Below, piece by piece: positions 45,069 to 53,225 of a stretch of 64,000 nucleotides of DNA. The DNA lies in assembly GCA_963675855.1 (NCBI GenBank), contig OY776633.1, positions 2,778,546 through 2,842,545 on the forward strand. The letters run 5' to 3'. A program made the translations under genes and the position numbers. The notes under the pieces were generated by a model. It was not told where the DNA came from and did not search any database. It saw nothing but the letters and a program-made list of their open reading frames with translations. The DNA comes from Christensenellaceae bacterium. Its GTDB lineage: Bacteria > Bacillota > Clostridia > Christensenellales > CAG-138. Numbering within the stretch: position 1 is the first letter of the stretch; each line of letters starts with the position of its first letter.

Positions 45069-47402
45069 TTGGAAAAACGCCGCGTTGCCGTCCGCACCCT
45101 AGTAGAAACCGTCATGCTGTCCGGCAGCCTGTCGCCGGCGGCGTCTTCGGCGCGCCTGCTCGACGGCATCCGCGGCCATCAGGCGCTGCAGCGCGTCGCC
45201 GCCGACGGCGCGCAAAACGAGGTCTCCGTCTCCGGCACGGTTTCGTCCGAGCACATCGAACTCACTATATACGGACGCATCGACCGCATCTACGGGCTGG
45301 AACGTGTCGAGGAGATCAAGACAACGTATCTCGAACCCGGACGGCTGGGCGCGGGAGACGCGCAGCATTGGGCGCAGGCAAAGTGCTACGCTTATTTGTA
45401 TTGCGTAAAAGAGAACCTGCCGTGTATCGACGTAAGCGTAACCTATATCAACCTCGGCACGGGCGAGATCACGACCCTGACCGAAAATTATACCAGCGAA
45501 GCACTGGAGGAATTCTTTCTGCTGCTTACACGCCGATATCTAAGCATGCTCGAAACGGAATACCGGCACGAACAGGCGCTCCGTGCGGACGTGAAGGACA
45601 TGCCGTTTCCGTATCCCTCGTTCCGCGCCGGACAGCACGAGCTGGCTTCGCAGGTATATTACGCCGTACGCGAAAAGTCCGCCCTGCTCGCGCAGGCGCC
45701 AACGGGCACGGGCAAGACCATGGCGGTTCTCTACCCCGCGCTCAAGGCGCTTGCAAACGGGCATGCATCCAAGATTTTTTACCTCACAGCCCGCACGACG
45801 CAGCAGCGCGCCGCAATCGACGCAGCCAAACGCATCGACGCGCCGCACCTGCGCGCGGTGGTGATCTCCGCCAAGGAAAAGATGTGCGTCTACGACCATC
45901 CGATCTGCCGCGAAGGGGATTGCCCGCGCGCGGATGGCTACTACGACCGCCTCGGCGACGCGCTGTTGAGCATGAACGATACCGACGGCGTGTATACGCC
46001 GGACGATATCCGCGCGCACGCGGCGCGGCACTTCCTCTGCCCGTTCGAACTTTCGCTCGATTTGTCGCTGTCGTGCGACCTCATCATCTGCGATTATAAC
46101 TACGCCTTCGACCCGCGCGTGCGGCTGCAGCGCTTCTTCCACAGCGGGCGGAAAGGATTCGTGCTGCTCGTGGACGAGGCGCACAACCTGCCCGACCGCG
46201 CGCGGGGCATGTATTCCGCGGCAATCTCCCTGCGTGATATCGTCCAGACCCGCCGCTCCGTGCCTAAGCCGCAGCGCAAAGGCCCGCTGTACCGTTCGCT
46301 CAAACGGCTGGAAAACGCGGTGTCCGCCTGCTTTGCCGAACTGAATACGCCGCTCGCGCTCGACGAACCGCCCGAAACGCTTGAAAAAGCGATCGAAGAC
46401 GCGCTCGATCAGCTCTCCGCCGAAACTGTACCCGCCGAGCGCGCGCTCGCACGGCAGCTGCGGTTCGACCTCTCGACATTCCGGTATATCCTTGACCTGT
46501 ATGATGATCACTACCGCACGCTCTATCAGGGCGGCAAAACAACGCGCACCGTCACGCTGTTTTGCACCGACGCGGCAAAAAAGCTTGCCGATACGTATAA
46601 GAGGTGCCGCAGCGAGATCCTCTTTTCCGCGACGCTCGCGCCGTTTCCTTTTTACCGCGATTTAAGCGGAGTGAAGCCGGAGACGCCGTTTCTCGCGCTG
46701 CCATCGTCTTTCCCGTCGGAGCATCTGGCCGTATACCATCTGCCCGTCGACACGCGCTACCGCGCGCGCGAGGCGACGTTGCAGACGGTAGCGGACGCGA
46801 TACGCGTTTTCGTGAGCGCGCGTGAAAAGGGCAACTATCTCGTGTTCGCCCCGAGCCACGCCTATTTAAGCCGGCTCTCCGCGCTGCTGAAACCCGCGCT
46901 GCCGCTAGTCGAACTCATCGAACAGTCGCCAAAGATGGACGACGCTGCGCGGGCGGACTTCCTTTCGCGGTTTCAACCGGACGGCGATGGAGTCACCGTC
47001 GGCCTCGCCGTCATCGGCGGCGTGTTCGCCGAAAGCATCGACCTGCCCGCCGAGCGGCTCTGCGGCGCGGCGGTGATCGGCGTGGGATTGCCGCAGATCT
47101 GCCTGGAACGGGACGTGCTGCGCGACGCCTTTGAGGAATCCTATCAGAGCGGCTACCGTTACGCCTACGAGTACCCCGGCGTGAGCCGCGTGCTGCAGGC
47201 GGCGGGGCGCATCATCCGCACGCCGGACGACCGCGGCGCGCTGCTGCTCGTCGACACGCGCTATTCCCTGACGGAATACCGCGCGCTGCTGCCCGCGCAC
47301 TGGGCGGTGCGTCGTTTGAAAAACGCCTCGGAACTTGTCGGCGCGCTCGCGGATTTCTGGAACGAACCCGTGCAAGTCATTGACCCGGCTTCGAAAAACT
47401 GA
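45069..47402 (+). CDS. DinG/XPD-like (helicase_C_2) ATP-dependent DNA helicase fused to an N-terminal RecB/Cas4-like PD-(D/E)xK nuclease domain
   Basis: Nuclease motifs 'GRIDRIY', 'VEEIKTTY' (ExK) and 'QAKCY' (QxxxY). Helicase Walker A 'AQAPTGTGKT' and 'LVDEAHNL' (DEAH), with C-terminal 'GVFAESIDL' and 'QAAGRIIR'. I propose the TTG at 45069, 6 nt behind GGAGG, because the ATG at 45024 sits in the -10 box. The start is uncertain. Confidence 0.8.
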   Translation: MEKRRVAVRTLVETVMLSGSLSPAASSARLLDGIRGHQALQRVAADGAQNEVSVSGTVSSEHIELTIYGRIDRIYGLERVEEIKTTYLEPGRLGAGDAQHWAQAKCYAYLYCVKENLPCIDVSVTYINLGTGEITTLTENYTSEALEEFFLLLTRRYLSMLETEYRHEQALRADVKDMPFPYPSFRAGQHELASQVYYAVREKSALLAQAPTGTGKTMAVLYPALKALANGHASKIFYLTARTTQQRAAIDAAKRIDAPHLRAVVISAKEKMCVYDHPICREGDCPRADGYYDRLGDALLSMNDTDGVYTPDDIRAHAARHFLCPFELSLDLSLSCDLIICDYNYAFDPRVRLQRFFHSGRKGFVLLVDEAHNLPDRARGMYSAAISLRDIVQTRRSVPKPQRKGPLYRSLKRLENAVSACFAELNTPLALDEPPETLEKAIEDALDQLSAETVPAERALARQLRFDLSTFRYILDLYDDHYRTLYQGGKTTRTVTLFCTDAAKKLADTYKRCRSEILFSATLAPFPFYRDLSGVKPETPFLALPSSFPSEHLAVYHLPVDTRYRAREATLQTVADAIRVFVSAREKGNYLVFAPSHAYLSRLSALLKPALPLVELIEQSPKMDDAARADFLSRFQPDGDGVTVGLAVIGGVFAESIDLPAERLCGAAVIGVGLPQICLERDVLRDAFEESYQSGYRYAYEYPGVSRVLQAAGRIIRTPDDRGALLLVDTRYSLTEYRALLPAHWAVRRLKNASELVGALADFWNEPVQVIDPASKN

Positions 47403-47417
47403 TAGACTGCTGACCAT

Positions 47418-48068
47418 ATGAAAAAGAAATTTCCAAACTTCAAAGCCGTCGTGTTCGACATCGACGCCTGTCTGATCGATTCGGGGCCGAATCTATTGGC
47501 CACGCTCGACCGCGCGCTGATCGATACCGGCGGCGGACATCACCCGGAGGAATACCGGCGCAAGATGCTCGGCCTGCCCGGCAGCGCGCTCGACGAGCTC
47601 TTCGACCTGCCAAACTGGGAGCATACGCTTCGAACCTGGAGCGAGTATTACGCCGAAGTCGCTCTTACGAACCGTCCTTTTCCGGGCATAGAGCGCCTGC
47701 TTTCTGCGATCAAGGCGGCGGGGTATTCTCTCGGCGTCGCCACGTCCCAGGGGCGCTCCCTGTATCGGAAGCACTTCCATAAATACGGCCTGAAACCCTA
47801 CTTCGATCTCGCCGTCTGCGCGGACGACGTGGAAAACCCCAAGCCCGCCGCCGATTCGCTGCTGTTCGCGGCGCGGCATTTCTCAATAGACCCCGCCGAA
47901 ATCCTGTTTCTCGGGGACGCACCCTACGATATGCAGTGCGCGCGCGCGGCAGGTTCTTACGGCGCGCTCGCCGTTTGGGGAACGGCCGACCGGTCGATCC
48001 CCGCGGATTACTACCCCGAAACGCCGTTGGACGTGCTGGGCATCCTCGGCCTGCCGGACGAGGGGTAA
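47418..48068 (+). CDS. HAD-IA family hydrolase (phosphoglycolate phosphatase-like)
   Basis: Motif I 'VVFDIDACLIDS', motif II 'GVATSQ' and motif IV 'FLGDAPYDMQCA'. Confidence 0.75.
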   Translation: MKKKFPNFKAVVFDIDACLIDSGPNLLATLDRALIDTGGGHHPEEYRRKMLGLPGSALDELFDLPNWEHTLRTWSEYYAEVALTNRPFPGIERLLSAIKAAGYSLGVATSQGRSLYRKHFHKYGLKPYFDLAVCADDVENPKPAADSLLFAARHFSIDPAEILFLGDAPYDMQCARAAGSYGALAVWGTADRSIPADYYPETPLDVLGILGLPDEG

Positions 48069-48151
48069 CGTTCGTCCCGGCTTCTTATCAGGATAGAAAA
48101 AACGCGGACGGAAACCCGTTCGCGTTTTGTGCTGCCCGAATATCTACGGCG

Positions 48152-49501
48152 TCAGTGCAGCGTCACCTTGTCCCTGCCTGTGTTTTTCGAGGTATAGAGC
48201 GCCTCGTCCGCGTTGGCGATCAGTATCAATTCGCTGCCCACGGAGGATTCCGGCATGGAATCCCCGCCGACGCTGATCGTCACGCCGATCTGATTGTCCC
48301 CGTACCGCGTTTTGTGGTCGCGCACGGCGTACCGGACCCGGTCCGCAACGGCGAAGATGTCTTCTTTGGAAGCGCCCGGTAGGATCACAAGAAATTCCTC
48401 GCCGCCGTAGCGCATCAAAATATCCCCTTCGCGTATGCCCTGTCTTATCAGCGCGGAGATGCTTTTGAGTACGCGGTCGCCTACGACATGACCATAGGTG
48501 TCGTTCACCGCCTTGAAGTGGTCGATATCGAACATCAACAGCCCCAGCGGCGTACCCTTGCGGATCGAGCGGGCGTACTCCTCGCGCAGACGCACCATGC
48601 CGAAGCGGCGGTTCAGCACGCCCGTGAGCGGGTCGAGCGCCGCGAGTTTCTGCAGCTGCTCGTGCTCAAGCGCGTTGTGCAGGGCGACGGCCAGGCTCTG
48701 CGTGAAGATGGCGAGCTGCTTGGAATGCCCCTCCTGAAACCGCTCCGATTTCGCCAGCAGTATGACGGCGATCGGCACGCTCTTGAACAGAACGGGCTCG
48801 ATGATCACCTCTTTGGGATGAAACTGGGTCAGCGTGCTTTCCACGATCACCTGATCGGGATGGGAAATGGTATACGGCATGCCTTTGGTAAAGGCGTTGA
48901 GCACGTGCGCTTCGGACGCGAGCGCCTTTGCGTCCCGGATGCCGAACGAATGCAGCACCCCGATTTCCCCATCCTGGTCGTACAAGATCGCGCCCGCGTC
49001 GGCCCCGGTTCCCTGCATGACGCGATCCAGCGCGAATTCCGCCAGCGCGTGCAGGTCGAGCTGGCCGGAGAAGATCGCCGTATACGTCTTGATGTCGTCC
49101 AGCATGCGCAGGGAGTTGGCGAACGATTCGATCAGCTCGTTGAACGCCTGCGCGCTCCGGCCGAACTCGTCCTCCGTCTCCACCTGAATACTGCAGTGTT
49201 CCGGATTGCATTCGCCGATGTTGCCGTTGCTCGAAACCGTGATGATCGAGTCCTTCACCTCGTTCATCTTGCCGGTCAGGTGCGTGAGCTTGCGCCGCAC
49301 CGTCATGCCGGAGATCAGGATGTTGACGACCCCTACGATGACGCCCGCGACGATGCAGGACACATAAAACAACCCGTTGAACACGATGTGCTCCGGTACG
49401 CCGAACAGGAGCATGAAAAACGGGAAGATTACGCCGATCAGCACCCCGAACCCGATCATGCGTATGGCAAGTTCGACAAACGTATTTCTGGAACGGTTCA
49501 T
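48152..49501 (-). CDS. membrane-bound sensor diguanylate cyclase (TM - GAF-like - GGDEF)
   Basis: Two N-terminal TM segments, a central GAF-like region and a GGDEF domain 'LLMFDIDHFKAVNDTYGH..' with active site 'RYGGEEF'. An RxxD I-site 'REGD' lies five residues upstream of GGEEF. Confidence 0.85.
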   Translation of the reverse strand: MNRSRNTFVELAIRMIGFGVLIGVIFPFFMLLFGVPEHIVFNGLFYVSCIVAGVIVGVVNILISGMTVRRKLTHLTGKMNEVKDSIITVSSNGNIGECNPEHCSIQVETEDEFGRSAQAFNELIESFANSLRMLDDIKTYTAIFSGQLDLHALAEFALDRVMQGTGADAGAILYDQDGEIGVLHSFGIRDAKALASEAHVLNAFTKGMPYTISHPDQVIVESTLTQFHPKEVIIEPVLFKSVPIAVILLAKSERFQEGHSKQLAIFTQSLAVALHNALEHEQLQKLAALDPLTGVLNRRFGMVRLREEYARSIRKGTPLGLLMFDIDHFKAVNDTYGHVVGDRVLKSISALIRQGIREGDILMRYGGEEFLVILPGASKEDIFAVADRVRYAVRDHKTRYGDNQIGVTISVGGDSMPESSVGSELILIANADEALYTSKNTGRDKVTLH

Positions 49502-49632
49502 ACAGTTACTCCCTATGTAAAATATTTAACACAATCAAGTTACAGTGTAGCATATCGCGGTGCGCGGTACAACAACCGCTCCGCGTATATGGTATACTGA
49601 TCGTAATCCATATTCGGTTCAGGAGGGTTACC

Positions 49633-49833
49633 ATGGGCAGAAACGATCGTTTTATCCGAATTTATTCCAAAGGCGCGATGTCGACCAACGAAATCTGGGT
49701 GGACCGCGAGACCGGCGTGAATTACCTCTTCCATTCCGGCGGATACGCGGGCGGGCTCACGCCGCTGCTCGACAAGGACGGCAAGGTCGTCGTCACCGAC
49801 GCGTATACGCTCGAGCATACCTACGGCCGCTGA
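49633..49833 (+). CDS. small conserved protein (DUF6440-like)
   Basis: 66 aa. 'VDRETGVNYLFHSGGYAGGLTPLLDKDGK' matches a small clostridial family I recall as DUF6440. A terminator follows. Confidence 0.5.
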   Translation: MGRNDRFIRIYSKGAMSTNEIWVDRETGVNYLFHSGGYAGGLTPLLDKDGKVVVTDAYTLEHTYGR

Positions 49834-49856
49834 GCGCGGCAATGTAACCTTTAACG

Positions 49857-49885
49857 GGGCGGCGCATCGGCCGCCCTGCTTTTTT
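49857..49885 (+). terminator. rho-independent terminator
   Basis: gggcggc-gcatcg-gccgccc followed by tgctttttt. Confidence 0.65.
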
Positions 49886-49897
49886 GCGCACCGCGCA

Positions 49898-50293
49898 TTA
49901 TCCGCCGATCACCAGCACGGCAAACCTGCGCGCGCGCGGACCGTCGAACTCGCAAAAGTACACGCCCTGCCAGGTGCCGAGCGTCAGCCTGCCGTTTGAC
50001 ACGGGGATGGTCGCGCCGCTGCCGATGACGCTCGCTTTGAGGTGCGCGGCGCTGTTGCCTTCCATGTGCCGAAACTCCGGCCGGTCGGGGTATGTTTTCT
50101 CCAGCGCGAAAATCAGGTCGCGCACCACGTCCGGGTCGGCGTTTTCGTTGATCGTAATCCCCGCCGTCGTGTGCGGGCAGTAGACGAGGCAGAGGCCTTC
50201 GCTTACGCCGCTTTCGCGCACGGCGTCCTGCACCCGCGCCGTCACGTCCGTCCAGTCGTTGCGCCCCGTCCTCAGCGAAAATTCGCGCTGCAT
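49898..50293 (-). CDS. YjbQ / UPF0047 family protein (secondary thiamine-phosphate synthase-like)
   Basis: 'CLVYCPHTTAGITINENADPDV', 'GNSAAHLKAS' and 'LGTWQGVYFCEFDGPR'. The start at 50293 sits behind GGGAGGA. Confidence 0.85.
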   Translation of the reverse strand: MQREFSLRTGRNDWTDVTARVQDAVRESGVSEGLCLVYCPHTTAGITINENADPDVVRDLIFALEKTYPDRPEFRHMEGNSAAHLKASVIGSGATIPVSNGRLTLGTWQGVYFCEFDGPRARRFAVLVIGG

Positions 50294-50417
50294 GCCGCAT
50301 CCTCCCGTTTTTGTCCCGTTTCGCACATTATACCACGGCAACATCAAATCCGCGTTTACGAATCCGCGCGATGCTGATAGAATATGGCTATTAAAACACA
50401 GATCGGAGTGGTACGTT

Positions 50418-50948
50418 ATGGCAGCGGCAAAAGGGCTCACGGCGGTAAAGGCGGATGAAAAGGCGAAGATTCGCGGCTACGGCATCGAGCTCAACGACGA
50501 AAAGCTCTCCCGGATCGACAAGATCGTGGAGAGCTACGAGCGGCGCGTCGCCGCGCGGCTGGACGAGGAATACGTGATGCACACGCGGCCCTCCGACCGC
50601 GTTGCGGACAAGGTCGCGGCGTTCGGCGGCAGCTGGACGTTTATCATCATCTTCGCGGCGTTTCTGTTTATCTGGATTCTGATCAACCTGCTTCCCGTGC
50701 TCGGCGTGCAGTTTGACCCGAAGCCGTTTATCCTGCTCAACCTCATCCTCTCGTTCATCGCCGCGTTTCAGGCGCCGATCATCATGATGAGCCAGAACCG
50801 GCAGGCGGCAAGGGACAAGCACGAGTCGATCATCGACTTTGCGATCAACTACAAAGCCGAGCAGGAGATCGACGATCTGCAGAAGCACCTGCACCGGATG
50901 GAGGCGGAGTTGAAGGAGATGAAGGAGATGTTGAGGGAGAGGGGGTGA
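50418..50948 (+). CDS. DUF1003 domain membrane protein
   Basis: 'DKVAAFGGSWTFIIIF', 'FDPKPFILLNLILSFIAAFQAPIIMMSQNRQ' and a C-terminal coiled coil. The start is the ATG at 50418. Confidence 0.8.
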   Translation: MAAAKGLTAVKADEKAKIRGYGIELNDEKLSRIDKIVESYERRVAARLDEEYVMHTRPSDRVADKVAAFGGSWTFIIIFAAFLFIWILINLLPVLGVQFDPKPFILLNLILSFIAAFQAPIIMMSQNRQAARDKHESIIDFAINYKAEQEIDDLQKHLHRMEAELKEMKEMLRERG

Positions 50949-50966
50949 GGACTCAATTAAATGAGA

Positions 50967-53033
50967 TTATCCGATTTTTGTTAACTCTACTTGAATATTG
51001 GTTAACATTCCTTCGAGCAAGCGCTGCTGCACACAGAAATATTGTTCATCTTCATCATTTATACCTTCTGTATCTTCTTGCCAGAATTCAGAGTGTTTTT
51101 TGGCAATATCTGGTTTCAGCTTTAGGTGGTCTTCATTGTGTCTGTATACTTTTATTCTTTCCAAGGATGAAAACAAAGCTGGATAAGATGCTTTTATTTC
51201 TGACCAAAAATACTTGGCTCTGCCTATAGAAACACCATAGTTTTCTATAGATTCAACGAAGCACCTATTGCATATATTTATGAAATGATAAAAATCGCTT
51301 TTTCGCGAAGTTGGCGTAACCGCAGCGAATTTTTCGGCTTCAGGAAAGGAGTTCTCTCCAAACAATTTTGGAAGTTTTAAAATGTAGATTGCCGTCTCTA
51401 GTTCTCTCATATCTCTGATAATTACACTTACTCTCTGAGCAATCCACTTTTTACGCTTCTCTTTATCAATTACCTTATAAAGCGATTTTCGGTTTTCTTT
51501 TTTTGCTAACTCTGTTGCGACATATCTACCTGCAACTGGCATTTTTACTCGTGGAATATTATCCGCATCCTTTTCAACAAGACCATAATTATATAAATGT
51601 TTTACAAAATCTGATAACGCTGAAAGTTCAATAAAATCACTTGTTTGGCCAGAAGCTAATAACTCAAACATCTCATACTCTTCAGGATAAAACTGCTGTA
51701 TTTCTGAAACAATATGTTTAAAATAATAAGCCAATTCAGTATCTATATCCGTTTGATACTTTTTTATCTCGTTGAGACTTACTTCAACTGGTCTTTTTGT
51801 ATTTGAACACTCACGATTAATATAACTACATACAAGTCGAGTAAGCATCGGATGCCCATTGTATTGTTTGAAAAGAAATTCAATTGCATCATAATTGAAT
51901 TTAAGACCCATTCTTCTGCCCAATGTTCGAATCATATTGTGCAAGTCTTCATTTGTTAGTCCTTGCAAATATTCTGATTGGACTATTCCAAACAATGGAT
52001 TTTGTATTCCTTCAATTGTATCGATTTCAGTTACACTTGGATTTACACCTGAAATAATGAAGACTAAATTTCTATGTAAGCTCTGAATTGACCACAAAGT
52101 TTGCCAAAAATCAACGAACTCCGTTTTCCAATGCACATCTAAAGGCGATTTAAATGATATGTATTCAATCTCATCAAACATTATGATAATTTTTATATTC
52201 CTTATCGATGCTTCTTTCATAACGAAACGGAAACTTTTTATAATATTCAATGCATCATATTCTCGCCGTATCCTCACTTTTAAACGCTTCGCAATATTAT
52301 CACAAATTGATCCCAAAAATTCATTCCAATGCATTTTTCGATACGATGGAGATTTACAGTCATAAAAGAACACAAAACCCAAATGCTGTTCTCTAATCAC
52401 CCGATCAATCTTGAAAAGAAGGGATGTTTTTCCAACTTTTCGCACGCCAAAAATCCCTTTATTTTCGCATCTTCTTATTGAATCTATATATCGAGCGACT
52501 AATTGTTGTCTGCCAAAAAAAGAGCTTTCTTCTCGTATAGGAAGCGTATAACCAAACAGATCAATATCAAAGAAATTATCTCTAAGAATATTTCTTATAT
52601 ACCATGCATCGCTTCTGTTTTTTAATAGATCCGAATACAATATTGGAACAAAAACTCTTGAACTTTCATCACCAAAGAGCTTTACTCCTTTATGCTCTAA
52701 TACCCTTTCGTCTTTTGAAACAAATATACAATTAAGTGTATCTACTCTTCCTTGAAACGGATGAATATTGAACAAAGAATGTGCAGCCTGAAATGCCCTA
52801 GGTTGTAATTCATCAAACGGAGTATAGATTAGAAGTATTTCTTTTTCAAGACCGAACGCTTCTGTAATATGTTTTTCGGGTTTCAACATGAATACAAAGA
52901 CTACCGTATTAGTAGTCTCTTTTTTATCAGCATATGTCACATCAAAAACATGTATGAATGCAGCTAGAAAACCGTAAAATTCAGGATATTGCGTCAGAAA
53001 TCCATTCTGAACTTCTTCTTTTATTCTGCCCAT
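50967..53033 (-). CDS. 688-aa P-loop ATPase with an unknown N-terminal domain, a wHTH-like segment and a C-terminal HEPN-like (Rx4H) region; function unknown, candidate defence protein
   Basis: 'FFGRQQLVARYIDSI..' precedes Walker A 'GIFGVRKVGKTSLL' (52422-52448). Walker B is 'IIIMFDEIE' (52164-52190), and 'GHPMLTRLV' is lid-like. A wHTH-like segment spans ~aa 455-505. The C-terminal 'LERIKVYRHNEDHL' contains RHNEDH at 51126-51143. GAGGAGG RBS and its own promoter are present. Confidence 0.85.
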   Translation of the reverse strand: MGRIKEEVQNGFLTQYPEFYGFLAAFIHVFDVTYADKKETTNTVVFVFMLKPEKHITEAFGLEKEILLIYTPFDELQPRAFQAAHSLFNIHPFQGRVDTLNCIFVSKDERVLEHKGVKLFGDESSRVFVPILYSDLLKNRSDAWYIRNILRDNFFDIDLFGYTLPIREESSFFGRQQLVARYIDSIRRCENKGIFGVRKVGKTSLLFKIDRVIREQHLGFVFFYDCKSPSYRKMHWNEFLGSICDNIAKRLKVRIRREYDALNIIKSFRFVMKEASIRNIKIIIMFDEIEYISFKSPLDVHWKTEFVDFWQTLWSIQSLHRNLVFIISGVNPSVTEIDTIEGIQNPLFGIVQSEYLQGLTNEDLHNMIRTLGRRMGLKFNYDAIEFLFKQYNGHPMLTRLVCSYINRECSNTKRPVEVSLNEIKKYQTDIDTELAYYFKHIVSEIQQFYPEEYEMFELLASGQTSDFIELSALSDFVKHLYNYGLVEKDADNIPRVKMPVAGRYVATELAKKENRKSLYKVIDKEKRKKWIAQRVSVIIRDMRELETAIYILKLPKLFGENSFPEAEKFAAVTPTSRKSDFYHFINICNRCFVESIENYGVSIGRAKYFWSEIKASYPALFSSLERIKVYRHNEDHLKLKPDIAKKHSEFWQEDTEGINDEDEQYFCVQQRLLEGMLTNIQVELTKIG

Positions 53034-53067
53034 ATATCCTCCTCAAAAAATGCGAATTCTTAATATG

Positions 53068-53096
53068 ACTTTACATTAAGAAAATACAAATTTCAA
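53068..53096 (-). promoter_or_regulatory. candidate promoter of the ATPase gene (TTGAAA-17 nt-TAAAGT) overlapped by an inverted repeat
   Basis: On the minus strand, -35 TTGAAA is the complement of 53091-53096 and -10 TAAAGT is the complement of 53068-53073. The inverted repeat ttcttaat/attaagaa (53057-53064 / 53075-53082) brackets the -10. Confidence 0.35.
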
Positions 53097-53225
53097 TAGA
53101 ATTTACTACATTCTTAAGTGTTTCTTCCCTTTGCTCCTTACCCTTCCTCCAACTCCAAATCCAATAACCCCCACTATGCCAAAACCACCCGCAGCCTATT
53201 CCGCGCGCCCCGCGTTAAATCTCCC

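Larger units (their letters stand above)
50949..53125. other. AT-rich single-gene foreign insertion
   Basis: The composition flips directly after the DUF1003 stop codon. Hand counts give 16/60 (line 51241) and 13/60 (line 52141) G+C inside, against 44/60 (line 50581) in the flanking gene. The right edge is approximate. Confidence 0.75.
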
